A model generated the notes under the pieces. That model saw nothing but the letters and a program-made list of their open reading frames with translations. It had not been told where the DNA came from and searched no databases. From Patescibacteria group bacterium (GTDB lineage: Bacteria; Patescibacteriota; Patescibacteriia; Buchananbacterales; UBA6539): DNA of 64,000 bases. Every line of letters begins with the position of its first letter. Positions within the stretch are counted from its first letter, which is position 1. Shown piece after piece: positions 9,605 to 20,000 of this stretch. Location: positions 242,910 through 306,909 of the forward strand of contig JAQTYZ010000001.1 in the NCBI GenBank assembly GCA_028688055.1. The letters are read 5' to 3'. Made by a program: the position numbers and the translations under genes.

Positions 9605-10717
9605 ATGTTTCCAAAAAAATATTTAGTTTATCTTAAGAATTTTGATTGGATCTTATTTGGATCCTTTTTTTTGCTAATTTGTTTCGGGCTGGCGGCAATT
9701 TATAGTATTACCATTAGTTCGGACCAACCAGATTTTTCTAATTTTAAAAAACAAATTACTTTTACCATTATTGGTTTAGTCATTGTTTCAATTTTAACAA
9801 TGATTGATTATCATTATTGGCATGATTTCAGCTTAGTTGTTTACGGTTTGGTTTTTGTGCCATTAATATTAGTTTTGTTTTTAGGCCGAACCATTAGCGG
9901 CACGACTGGCTGGTTTTCTTTTTTTGGCATTAATTTTCAACCGGTTGAAATTGCCAAAATTTCGTTGATCATTTGTTTGGCGTGGTTTTTTAGCCATGTT
10001 GGCGAAAACATCAAACAATTGAAAAATTTTATTATTAGTGCCATCATTGTTGGCTCATATTTTGGGCTAGTTATTTTACAGCCAGATTTTGGATCAGGAA
10101 TGATTCTAATTGGCATTTGGTTTTTGATGATTATCTTTGCCGGCGTTAATAAGCGTCACTTATTGGTGTCCGGAATATTATTGGCAATCGTCGCGGTCAT
10201 AGCTTGGTTTTTTCTTTTCCATGATTATCAACAAGCGAGAATTATGACGTTTTTTAATCCGCAAGCTGATCCTTATGGTCGCGGTTATCACGTTAGACAA
10301 GCCGTTACCGCGGTCGGTGCCGGGGGATTATTTGGTCGCGGTTTAGGCTTTGGTTCACAAAGCCAGCTCAAGTTTATACCTGCTAGCGAAACCGACTTTA
10401 TTTTTGCGGTCATCGCTGAAGAACTTGGTTTTTTTGGGGTAAGCTTAGTTTTATTTTTCTGGGCGATTATATTTTATCGGCTAATTAAAATAGCAAAACA
10501 GATGAAAGACTCCTTTGCCCTCTACTTTGTGTTAGGCGTCTCGGCGCTGTTTTTTTGTCAGCTAATGGTTAATATTGGAATGAATATCGGCTTAGTGCCA
10601 GTAACGGGAATTTCGTTGCCCTTTTTGAGCTACGGCGGAAGTTTTTTGGTGGTCAGTATGGCGGCAATTGGTATGGTTGAAGGAATGATCGTAAAAAATC
10701 GCCTAGCCAGTAGTTAA
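9605..10717 (+). CDS. SEDS-family peptidoglycan polymerase FtsW/RodA
   Basis: Polytopic membrane protein with SEDS hallmarks QPDFGS... and ISLPFLSYGGS. Confidence 0.85.
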   Translation: MFPKKYLVYLKNFDWILFGSFFLLICFGLAAIYSITISSDQPDFSNFKKQITFTIIGLVIVSILTMIDYHYWHDFSLVVYGLVFVPLILVLFLGRTISGTTGWFSFFGINFQPVEIAKISLIICLAWFFSHVGENIKQLKNFIISAIIVGSYFGLVILQPDFGSGMILIGIWFLMIIFAGVNKRHLLVSGILLAIVAVIAWFFLFHDYQQARIMTFFNPQADPYGRGYHVRQAVTAVGAGGLFGRGLGFGSQSQLKFIPASETDFIFAVIAEELGFFGVSLVLFFWAIIFYRLIKIAKQMKDSFALYFVLGVSALFFCQLMVNIGMNIGLVPVTGISLPFLSYGGSFLVVSMAAIGMVEGMIVKNRLASS

Positions 10718-10766
10718 GATATTACTTGACTTATTCTAGAGTTTTAGCTATATTATTTAGGTATTT

Positions 10767-11102
10767 ATGGAGGATAAACTTTTTAATTTCTTAAGCGACA
10801 GCACAACGCTGATAACTCACTGTCCGGTGTGTAATTTGCGCTATGATCCGCTTGCGGCCAGGATTCTTGAAGAATCAAGTGCTAATCACTTGGTTCACAT
10901 TACTTGCCGATATTGCCAAGCGTCGGTCTTAGCTTTAATTATTACGAGCCAAATGGGCGTTAGCTCAATTGGGTTAATTACTGACCTAAACAGCGATGAG
11001 GTAGCAGACTTTAGAAAGAGCGGCAATATTACAACTGATGATGTCATTGAGATCCATCAGTTTTTAAACCGACAGCGCGCTCTGATAGATTATCTGAACT
11101 AG
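10767..11102 (+). CDS. Hypothetical small protein with CxxC...CxxC zinc-ribbon
   Basis: HCPVCN...CRYCQ motifs; no recognisable family. Confidence 0.4.
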   Translation: MEDKLFNFLSDSTTLITHCPVCNLRYDPLAARILEESSANHLVHITCRYCQASVLALIITSQMGVSSIGLITDLNSDEVADFRKSGNITTDDVIEIHQFLNRQRALIDYLN

Positions 11103-11131
11103 CGTTAGTTGTAGCATTAAACAATAAAAAT

Positions 11132-11806
11132 ATGACAAGCCAAGCATTGCAATTAACAGCCTCACTTCGGGAATTAACTAAAAAGAAGTCTGGTCAATTA
11201 CGTGAAGCCGGGAAAATTCCGGCGGTTTTATACGGTCATAAACTCGAATCCAAAAATTTGACTTTAGATTATATTGCTTTTGAAAAAGTATTAAAGGGTG
11301 CTGGTGAAAGCACTTTGGTTGACTTGGCTGTTGATACGACCGCCCCGGTCAAGGTTCTGATTCAAGATTATCAACAGGATCCGCGAAGCGGTAAAATTCT
11401 TCACGTTGATTTTTATCAAGTCAGAATGGACGAAAAATTAACCACCGAAATTACCTTAAAGTTTATCAATGAAGCACCGGCCGTCAAGGAGTTAAGTGGC
11501 AACCTATTTACCAATATGCACCATCTTGAGGTTGAATGTTTGCCTCAATATTTAGTTCACGAAATCGAAGTTGATTTATCAGTTTTGAAAACCTTCGACG
11601 ATGTTATTCACGTTAAAGATATTAAATTACCTGAAGGCCTGGAAGTTTTAAGTGTGCCAACAGATGTTGTCGTGATGGTACAGGAGCAAAGAAGTGAGCA
11701 AGAGTTAGCTGATTTAGAAGCTAAGCCGGAAGAGCAGCTACCCGCTGACGTTACCGAAAGTGTTGGGGGAGAGGCTGGACAAGCGGAAACAAAAGAAAAA
11801 AAATAA
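11132..11806 (+). CDS. rplY: 50S ribosomal protein L25 / general stress protein Ctc
   Basis: KIPAVLYG motif, L25 N-domain plus acidic C-terminal extension. Confidence 0.85.
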   Translation: MTSQALQLTASLRELTKKKSGQLREAGKIPAVLYGHKLESKNLTLDYIAFEKVLKGAGESTLVDLAVDTTAPVKVLIQDYQQDPRSGKILHVDFYQVRMDEKLTTEITLKFINEAPAVKELSGNLFTNMHHLEVECLPQYLVHEIEVDLSVLKTFDDVIHVKDIKLPEGLEVLSVPTDVVVMVQEQRSEQELADLEAKPEEQLPADVTESVGGEAGQAETKEKK

Positions 11807-11816
11807 TGTTAATTCT

Positions 11817-11848
11817 AAAATCCCCCCGTTAATCGGGGGGATTTATGA
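11817..11848 (+). terminator. Rho-independent terminator after rplY
   Basis: AAAATCCCCCCG-TTAA-TCGGGGGGATTT hairpin followed by T-run. Confidence 0.6.
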
Positions 11849-12876
11849 TTGTCATGAATTACGATCAAATAAAAAAAATAAGCTATTATTATCGTTATTT
11901 AATCTTGTTATCTTTATATTCGCTGGTTGTTTTTACGATCTTATTTTATGTGGCCTTTTTTCAGCCCGCAAATTTAAATTGGGATAGTTCAGTTAATCAT
12001 CGGGTTGGTCCAACCGGTTTTAGGTTACTTGACGGCGTTGCCGTCTCGCGCGCTAAAATAGCGCTTCGACCGTTTGCCACCATTATCGAAAATCAGGTCG
12101 ACTCTCGACCGACTGCCGGACTCGAATATGCCAGCGTTGTCTATGAAACAATTGTTGAAGGGGATATTACTAGATATTTGGCGATTTTTGATGGTAGTTC
12201 CCAGGTAAAAAAAATTGGTCCTATCAGATCGGTGAGGCCCTTTTTTATCTCTTTAGCTAAACAATGGGATTCGGTGTTATTCCATGCCGGTGGCAGCGAG
12301 GAAGCCTTAAATTCCTTAAAAAATGGCGCGCTTGATCATATTAACGAAATTTCTGGTGATGGCCTATTTTTTTGGAGAGATTATTCGCGAGTTGCGCCGC
12401 ACAATTTGTTTACGTCTTCAGATTTAATTGGCCGGGCGTTTGCTGCTAAGGGTTATAATGAACAAGCTAATTTTAAGCCCTGGCTATTTAAAAATGACTC
12501 CCGACCGCCAACCACCACTAATCAGCTAATTGAGGTTAACCTTTCACCAAACCCTGATTATAATGTTTCATTTTCATACGATTTTAGGACTAATGGTTAT
12601 CTGAGGTATTTAGGAGGCAGTCTTCACAAAACCGACCGAGGAATTATTCTGGAGGCTAAAAATGTGATTATTGAACATGTCAGGCATGTTGTTATTGATG
12701 ACTATGGTCGGCTTAATATTAATGTGACCGGCGGCGGTCAAGCCGAAATTTATCAGGATGGCTCGCGAATTAATGGCAGCTGGCGGTCAGTCAATGGCCG
12801 AACAAAATATTATGATGAAAATAATAACGAAATCAGTTTAAATCGCGGTAGCACTTGGATTGAGCTGGTTTTTTAG
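11845..12876 (+). CDS. DUF3048-domain protein (YerB-like)
   Basis: N-terminal TM. ENQVDSRPTAGL motif, matching as I recall the DUF3048 ENHxDARPQSGL signature. The true start may be the ATG at 11854. Confidence 0.6.
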   Translation: MIVMNYDQIKKISYYYRYLILLSLYSLVVFTILFYVAFFQPANLNWDSSVNHRVGPTGFRLLDGVAVSRAKIALRPFATIIENQVDSRPTAGLEYASVVYETIVEGDITRYLAIFDGSSQVKKIGPIRSVRPFFISLAKQWDSVLFHAGGSEEALNSLKNGALDHINEISGDGLFFWRDYSRVAPHNLFTSSDLIGRAFAAKGYNEQANFKPWLFKNDSRPPTTTNQLIEVNLSPNPDYNVSFSYDFRTNGYLRYLGGSLHKTDRGIILEAKNVIIEHVRHVVIDDYGRLNINVTGGGQAEIYQDGSRINGSWRSVNGRTKYYDENNNEISLNRGSTWIELVF

Positions 12877-12915
12877 CTTGATTTTAAAGTCTAAATAGTC
12901 TAAAATGCTAGTGCT

Positions 12916-14484
12916 ATGACATTGGCATTATACCGAAAATATCGACCGCAATCTTTTTCCGAAGTGGTTGGACAAAACCACATTAAGACGACTATCCAAA
13001 GTGAGCTAGAAACTGATAAAGTAGCTCACGCTTATTTATTTTCCGGTCCAAGGGGTTTAGGTAAAACGACAACGGCCAGGTTGCTAGCTAAATCACTGAA
13101 CTGCCTTAATCGCCAGCCGGGCGAAAGTGAGCCCTGTAACAAATGTGATTCGTGTCTGGAAATGATCGAAGGCCGGGCGTTAGATGTGATTGAAATTGAC
13201 GCTGCTTCCCACACTGGCGTTGATAATGTCAGAGAAAATATTATAAATAATTCGCGCTTTACGCCGACGAGCCGAAAATTCAAAGCATTTATTATTGATG
13301 AAGTTCATATGCTTTCGACCTCGGCCTTCAACGCTTTGCTAAAAACGCTTGAAGAACCGCCGGCTCACGCCGTGTTTATTTTAGCCACAACGGAAATTCA
13401 CAAGGTGCCACAAACAATAATTTCTCGCTGTCAGCATTTTGATTTTAGGCGAGTCAGCGACAATGAAATATTTGAGCGACTTAAAATACTTTCAAAAAAA
13501 GAGCACAAAAAAATCGACGATAATATCCTGGAAAATATCGCTCATCATGGCCAAGGTTCCTTTCGTGATTCGGAAAGTTTGTTGGGCCAAATCCTATCGT
13601 TAGATGATAAAGAGATTACAGCCGAGCAGGCGGAATTGGTGATGCCAACATCCAAATATGATCTTGGTTTACAATTTATTGACCTGATTAATAAATCAGA
13701 TGCCAAATCGGCCATTGAGCTGGTAAACAAATTAGTGTCCGACGGGGTTGATTTAGAGCGATTTAATCTGGACACTATTTTATTGTTGAGAAAAATATTA
13801 TTATTTAAAATCAACCCAAAATTAGGACAATATGCCGTTAGTCTAAATAAGAATTTAGAATCATCAATTACAATGCTCTCGACGTCGATTACTGAAGAAA
13901 AGCTCATTATGATGATCGAAATATTTTCGCTCAAACGTTTGGAGTTCAAAATAAGCGATATTCCTCAGCTACCGCTCGAGATGGCCGTCTTACAAATTAT
14001 TGGCACCAATGATTCAAACAATGTTTCAGTTTCTAAAGATGACGACTCAGATAATCAGGCGGCAAGGGTTGAGCCAACTGTAAAAGTAACACCGGAGATT
14101 GAGTCTAAAAAAGAGGAAAAATCAAAAATGGCAAAGGTTGAATTAAATATCAATCAATTCAAGGAGAAATGGTCTGAATTTTTGGATGTTACCAAGGGCC
14201 ACAACCAAAGCCTCGCTTCAGCGATTAGAATTGGTGAACCAAGAATCAATAATGGAAACTTTGAGATTGCCTTCCCCCACCGTTTTCACCAGCAGCGGGC
14301 CAATGAAACAAAAAATCGCCAGATTTTGGAAAAAGTCATTGAACAGGTTTATGGCTTGATAATTCCAGTCCATTCCGTAGTTGACGAAAATCTGATAAAC
14401 GTTAATAATAATGAAGTTGACCCAGCAGCTAGTAATCAAATAGGTAGCATTTTGGATAATTTCGGGGGTCAGCTGATTGATTAG
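12916..14484 (+). CDS. dnaX: DNA polymerase III subunit gamma/tau
   Basis: YRPQSFSEVVGQ, GPRGLGKTT (Walker A), zinc-module CNKCDSC, SRC motif (ISRCQHF). Confidence 0.95.
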   Translation: MTLALYRKYRPQSFSEVVGQNHIKTTIQSELETDKVAHAYLFSGPRGLGKTTTARLLAKSLNCLNRQPGESEPCNKCDSCLEMIEGRALDVIEIDAASHTGVDNVRENIINNSRFTPTSRKFKAFIIDEVHMLSTSAFNALLKTLEEPPAHAVFILATTEIHKVPQTIISRCQHFDFRRVSDNEIFERLKILSKKEHKKIDDNILENIAHHGQGSFRDSESLLGQILSLDDKEITAEQAELVMPTSKYDLGLQFIDLINKSDAKSAIELVNKLVSDGVDLERFNLDTILLLRKILLFKINPKLGQYAVSLNKNLESSITMLSTSITEEKLIMMIEIFSLKRLEFKISDIPQLPLEMAVLQIIGTNDSNNVSVSKDDDSDNQAARVEPTVKVTPEIESKKEEKSKMAKVELNINQFKEKWSEFLDVTKGHNQSLASAIRIGEPRINNGNFEIAFPHRFHQQRANETKNRQILEKVIEQVYGLIIPVHSVVDENLINVNNNEVDPAASNQIGSILDNFGGQLID

Positions 14485-14487
14485 TAT

Positions 14488-14561
14488 TCGGGGGTCGTCT
14501 AAAGGTAGGACGCCAGATTCTGGCTCTGGTAATCGGGGTTCGAGTCCCTGCCCCCGAGCCA
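14488..14561 (+). tRNA. tRNA-Gln (anticodon CUG), CCA encoded
   Basis: Hand-folded cloverleaf: acceptor TCGGGGG/CCCCCGA (U1-A72, typical of Gln), anticodon stem CCAGA/TCTGG, loop TTCTGGC, T-loop TTCGAGT, 4-nt variable loop. Confidence 0.8.
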
Positions 14562-14612
14562 AGGTTATATAAAATTGTAGTCTAATGAATATACTAAGTA
14601 AAACACTAAGAT

Positions 14613-14637
14613 CAGGCTTCCGTATGCCTGTTTTTGG
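14613..14637 (+). terminator. Putative terminator after tRNA-Gln
   Basis: CAGGC-ttccgtat-GCCTG hairpin followed by TTTTTGG. Confidence 0.35.
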
Positions 14638-14728
14638 TTTAGGTGCTGACAGGGGAAGAAGGGTGCTAAATTATTAAATATCCGGATCAGTAGGTTGTTC
14701 CAGCCGCTGTTCCGTTAAACTTATAAAT

Positions 14729-14983
14729 ATGTTTGATAAATTAAAACAATTACGTGAATTAAAAGCGTTACAGGACCAGATGCGCCATAAGAAATATGAA
14801 GTATCCGAAGGTGGTATAACGGTCGTTGTAAATGGCAATCTAATTTTGGAATCGCTTGATATATCAAGCGATAGTAGTCAAAATATTTCCGGTGAAGCAA
14901 TTAAGCAGAGTGTTAATAAAGCCATAAAAAAAGCCCAACAGGGGATGGCTCAGAAGCTTCAGGGCATGAATCTTGGTCTATAA
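14729..14983 (+). CDS. ybaB: Nucleoid-associated protein YbaB/EbfC
   Basis: 84 aa, YbaB-family pattern (QMQ..., ITVTMNG-like GGITVVVNGN); conserved position after dnaX. Confidence 0.8.
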   Translation: MFDKLKQLRELKALQDQMRHKKYEVSEGGITVVVNGNLILESLDISSDSSQNISGEAIKQSVNKAIKKAQQGMAQKLQGMNLGL

Positions 14984-14984
14984 A

Positions 14985-15704
14985 ATGGAATCAAAAAAAA
15001 ATAAATTAAAGTCGGCCGACATTTTAGGTGAATTATATTATTACGCTGACCAAAAAAAAGCTGCAATTTTGCAGCGTTTTTTTAAAACCGGAAGAGGCGA
15101 ATACGGATTTGGTGATATTTTTTTAGGGGTCAATGTCCCAACCCAAAGAAAAATTGCCAAAAAATATACTACCATTGAGTTAAAAGAGGTAGTAAAACTT
15201 TTGAAAAGTAAAATTCATGAATCACGATTGGTCGGTTTAATTATTTTAACGGATAAATTTAGTAAGGCCACCGCGGCGACTGACCGCCAGGAAATTAAGG
15301 ATTTTTATAGCCATAACATCGCGCGGGTAAATAGCTGGGACTTAGTCGATCTGTCGGCACCAAAAATTCTTGGCAAATATCTGCTGGGTAAGCAAAAATT
15401 AGAACTTGCAGGGATGGCCAAGTCACCATCAGTTTGGGTCAGAAGAATAGCGATTGTTTCAACCTTTGAGTTTATAAAACATAAAAAATATTCTGAAACT
15501 ATAAAATTGTGCAATATTATGATTAATGATCAGCATGACTTAATTCATAAGGCCTGCGGCTGGGTGTTGCGAGAAGTTGGAAAAAGAGACCTAAATGTTT
15601 TACTAAAATTCTTGGCTAAAAATAAACTGAAGATGCCTAGAACAATGCTTCGGTATGCAATCGAAAAATTGCCTGAGCACCGCCGGCAAGCTTATTTGAA
15701 TTAA
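14985..15704 (+). CDS. DNA alkylation repair protein (AlkD/AlkC-like HEAT-repeat glycosylase family)
   Basis: AAILQRFFKTGRGEYGFGDIFLGVNVPTQRKIAKKY matches the family N-terminal signature. The track start at 14973 overlaps ybaB; the ATG at 14985 is preferred. Confidence 0.7.
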   Translation: MESKKNKLKSADILGELYYYADQKKAAILQRFFKTGRGEYGFGDIFLGVNVPTQRKIAKKYTTIELKEVVKLLKSKIHESRLVGLIILTDKFSKATAATDRQEIKDFYSHNIARVNSWDLVDLSAPKILGKYLLGKQKLELAGMAKSPSVWVRRIAIVSTFEFIKHKKYSETIKLCNIMINDQHDLIHKACGWVLREVGKRDLNVLLKFLAKNKLKMPRTMLRYAIEKLPEHRRQAYLN

Positions 15705-15742
15705 AATTTTGCCGTTAGATATAATGGTATATAATTAATCCT

Positions 15743-16819
15743 ATGGCCATGGCCTTGTTAGTAAAAAGTATGTTGGGTTTAGCCCTTATCTTACTGCCGC
15801 TTTTTGGTAATTTGGATTTTTTTAGTTCTACAATAGTGCTGCATAAACCCGATAAAATCGAAAATAGGGGAATATATGTGACAGCTTATACTGCAGGGTC
15901 AAAAGATAAACGAGCAGCATTGGTTAACTTAATTGAAAGAAGCGAGCTTAATTCAATTGTGATTGATCTTAAAGACTATAGTGGTCTTATTTTTTTTCAA
16001 TCAAATGTTCCACTGGTGAATAAAATTGGTGCGGCTGACATTAGAATTTCTGATTTGAAGGACTGGTTGGCTGACTTAAAAAAAAGAAATATTTATACTA
16101 TTGGTCGAATAGTGGTATTTCAGGATCCCAAGTTAGCTGAAAAAATGCCTGAAATTGCCTTAAAGTCAAAATCAGGTGGTATCTGGCGCGACTTTAAGGG
16201 TCTATCGTGGGTTGACCCTACAAACATCATTGTCTGGAAGTACAATCTGGATATTGCCAAGTCGGCCGCCAGACTTGGATTTGATGAAATAAATTTTGAC
16301 TATGTCAGATTTCCGTCAGATGGTGATATTAAGAATATTGTCTACTCTAACCTAGACAATAACGATCATAAGTCACAAATTATGGCGGCGTTTTACAAAT
16401 ATGTTGACGATAGTATGAAGTTTGAACCAGTTTTAACCTCGGCTGATTTATTTGGCATGGTTTTGTGGCGATCAGACGGATTAAATATCGGCCAAAGGTA
16501 TGAAGATGCCGCTAATCACTTTGATTATATTTGTCCAATGGTTTACCCATCACATTATCCGGCTGGTTTTCAAAATTTTAGTAATCCGGCGGTCCACCCA
16601 TATGATGTCATCTATAAGAGCCTAATTCGAGCCAAGGATTTGGTCCCTAAACCAAGGGCAGACCTTAGACCGTGGATTCAGGTCTTTAATCTTGGGGCGG
16701 TATATACTCCGGAAATGGTTAAGGCAGAAAAACAAGCTGTTTATGATTCCAATTCAAATGGCTGGCTGATGTGGAATGCCACAAATAGGTATAAAGAAGA
16801 AGATCTTACCATCGAGTAG
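15743..16819 (+). CDS. Putative glycoside-hydrolase-like TIM-barrel protein (DUF4015-like), signal peptide/TM at N-terminus
   Basis: N-terminal hydrophobic segment; conserved RGIYVT, DYVRFP-like motifs reminiscent of DUF4015; assignment tentative. Confidence 0.45.
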   Translation: MAMALLVKSMLGLALILLPLFGNLDFFSSTIVLHKPDKIENRGIYVTAYTAGSKDKRAALVNLIERSELNSIVIDLKDYSGLIFFQSNVPLVNKIGAADIRISDLKDWLADLKKRNIYTIGRIVVFQDPKLAEKMPEIALKSKSGGIWRDFKGLSWVDPTNIIVWKYNLDIAKSAARLGFDEINFDYVRFPSDGDIKNIVYSNLDNNDHKSQIMAAFYKYVDDSMKFEPVLTSADLFGMVLWRSDGLNIGQRYEDAANHFDYICPMVYPSHYPAGFQNFSNPAVHPYDVIYKSLIRAKDLVPKPRADLRPWIQVFNLGAVYTPEMVKAEKQAVYDSNSNGWLMWNATNRYKEEDLTIE

Positions 16820-16878
16820 GTTGACATTAGTTAAATAAAATATTGTAATCAAACTGTGACTAAATGGCAAAATTTATC

Positions 16879-16907
16879 TTGACAGTAGTTGTTAAGTTGT
16901 GATAATT
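16879..16907 (+). promoter_or_regulatory. Sigma70-like promoter candidate upstream of the giant surface-protein gene
   Basis: TTGACA - 17 nt - ATAATT. Confidence 0.35.
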
Positions 16908-17074
16908 TTAAATAACTAATTGCCGCACTTCTAAATTAAAAAGAATAGCGGCACCCATTTGAAACAAAAACCAATAAGTTTGACCTTAAAGTTTCCGCGT
17001 GGAACATTTCAGCAGTTTGAGTAGGAGGTTAAATATTGGTTTATTTTTTTTGAAAAATAATAAATAACAACATT

Positions 17075-20000
17075 ATGGTTAATAAAAAGTTGGTTAAACC
17101 GGCTTGGAATTTCTTTAGCTGGTTTATGATTGTGATGACGGTGGTTCCGTTTTCAGCAATCAGTATATCCCCAAGGGCGGCGCAAGCTAGCACTGGGGTT
17201 GTTTTATTCCAAGATGATTTTGAGTCTGGCTTAGCGAGTTGGACTTCAGACTCAGGCACCGTTGGTACCGACGACTCATCAAGTTATCGACGAAGTTGTC
17301 CTGGTGATTTTAGTAGTTGCGGCGTTGATGCCCAAAATGACTATTTATACTTTCAAAACGATGCTGAAATAATCAAAACGATTAATACAACCGGGTATAC
17401 TGACGCAACTTTTAGCTACTGGCGCCGGGGTGTTGGTTTATCCTCAAATGACCGATTTGAAACGGCCTGGAGGATTGGAACTTCAGGTAGCTGGACACCA
17501 TTAGAATCAGACAAAGATTCTACTTGGACTAAAAAAACGTTTGTGCTTTCGGGCTCAGCTGACCAGACGGCAATTCAGATAAGACTGCGTTTAACAAATG
17601 CCGAATCTTCAGATAAGGCTCTTTTTGATGATATTCAGACAGTGGCTGACGACTTAACCCAGCCGGGAATTCAAATTACAACAATAAATAACGGCCAACC
17701 GGATGATTTCTCTTGTCCAAATAACCCGCCGTCAAATCCGATAACACTCAGTGGTTCTGGCGCCGGTAGTACGCCGCCAGGTCTTATTGAACAGTATAAG
17801 GTTCAGGTTGACTGGGGCGATGGTAATGTTGAAAATGATTTAGGAGTTTTTACTCCAAGCAGTGGTCACGGTAATTTTACTTTTACTTTTACCGCCTCAG
17901 CTCATAGTTATACCAGTAGTGGCACCTATACCGTTAAAGCTCGTCTTTATCATCAAGCCGCACCAGGAAATGATGGTGATGCCGACGCTGTTACCACATT
18001 TGAAACGTGTGCCACGGTTATTTCCTGCGGCGACGGTATAAAAAATGGCAGTGAAGAATGTGATGGTACTGATGGCATTGGGACTCACCAAAGCTGTTCT
18101 CAAGACTGTACTTTAGTTAGCGAGCCATATTGCGGCGATAGTATTGTTAATGGCACTGAACAGTGCGATGCTGGTCCAAATGGATCTGATACCTGCTCAA
18201 CCGATTGTACTACTATTGATCAACAGCCAGTTGCCGTTTGCGGCAATGGCGCTATTGAAGACGGAGAACAGTGTGATGACAGCAATACTACTAATGGCGA
18301 CGGCTGTAGCAATGTCTGCCAGCTGGAAGTTTTACAGTGTGAAGAAATTACCAGCCAAGAAAATGGTTGGTTTGGTCAATATTACAATTATTTTGCGACT
18401 GACTTTGGCATGAATGTTCAGAGCATTTACTGGCCTGATAGTAACCACGGTGATCCATTGAGCGTTAACCAAGCTTTTGATGCCGATTGGTATCAATCTA
18501 ATCATTTCCGTTTCTCAAGGGTTGATAGTTCTATTGATTTTGGTGATAACTTTTTCCCGTTTGACATTGCCCCGGAATCGGCCACTCCCGATGATATCGA
18601 AAATGGTCACGATTTCCACTTTGGGGTTCACTGGAGCGGTATTGTTCATGTTGATAACCCAGGAGAATATATCTACACTGTTCGATCAGATGATGATTCA
18701 TGGATCTATGTTGACGGTGTCCTGATTAATAACGATTTACAGGGTATTCACGCCCCAACTGCCACCAGCGGATCAATGCTTTTGACTGGCGACAATGTTG
18801 TTGATATTTATTTTGCGGAACGACATCGATCAGAATCGGCATTTTCCTTCAATTTTGACAGCGAAGGTGTCAGTATCAAACCATATTCTAAAGATTGTCC
18901 GGAGTGCGGTAATTATGTAACCGACGGGCAGGAGGAATGTGACGCTGGTCCAAACGGTTCAGCTACTTGCTCCGTTGAATGTACAATTTCGATTTGTGGT
19001 AACGGTCGTGTTGAATATGGTGAACAGTGTGATGATAATAATACTGTTAATGGCGACGGCTGTAGCAATGTCTGCCAGCTGGAAGTTTTACAGTGTGAGG
19101 ACATACCAGGCGATAATAATGGTTGGTTCGGTCAATACTATAATTACTTTGCAACTTTATTTGGTATGAATGTTCAGGACATTTACTGGCCTGATAGTAA
19201 TCACGGTGATCCATTGAGCGTTAACCAAGCTTTTGATGCCGATTGGTACACCGCACCATATTTCAGATTTTCGAGAATTGACAGCTCAATTAATTTTGGT
19301 GATAACTTTTTCCCATTTGACATTGCTCCGGAATCGGCCGATTCTGACGACATCGAAAATGGCCACGATTTCCACTTTGGGGTTCACTGGCAGGCTACTG
19401 CTCATGTCAATACGCCTGGAGAATATAGCTATACCATGCGTTCAGACGATGATTCATGGGTATACCTAAATGGTGCTTTAGTTAATGACGACTTAAATGG
19501 TATCCACGCCCCGTCCGCTACCAGTGGAACAATGTATCTCGATGGTTCTGATAACATTGATATTTTCTTTGCGGAACGACATCGTTCACAATCAGCATTT
19601 TCATTTAACTTCGATGGCGAGGATGTGACCTTAACCCCGGTTAACAATCAGTGTGTCGAGAATCCGGTTTGTGGTAATGGTGCTGTTGAACAAGGTGAAC
19701 AATGTGATGACGGAAATACCACTTCCGGCGACGGTTGCAGTGATTTATGTCAACTTGAAAGTATAACGACAAATATTTGTGGCTTTAAATGGAATGATTC
19801 AGATGGCAATCAGTCGTTTGATGAAGGTGAGTCAAAATTAGCCAATTGGACCATTGATTTACTTAAGTTTGGTATTTGTCAGGCAGACGATGAATGGGCT
19901 GATGATATTATCAGCTATACGCCTGGAACCAGAAAGAACGGAACACCAGTGACAGTTGAGCGATCAGATGCTAGCAATGCCTTGGGCGTAGCAGAAAATA

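Noticed and set aside
14218-14562. 114-aa minus-strand ORF
   Set aside because: Antisense to the dnaX 3' end and tRNA-Gln; the glycine/proline run comes from the tRNA sequence.
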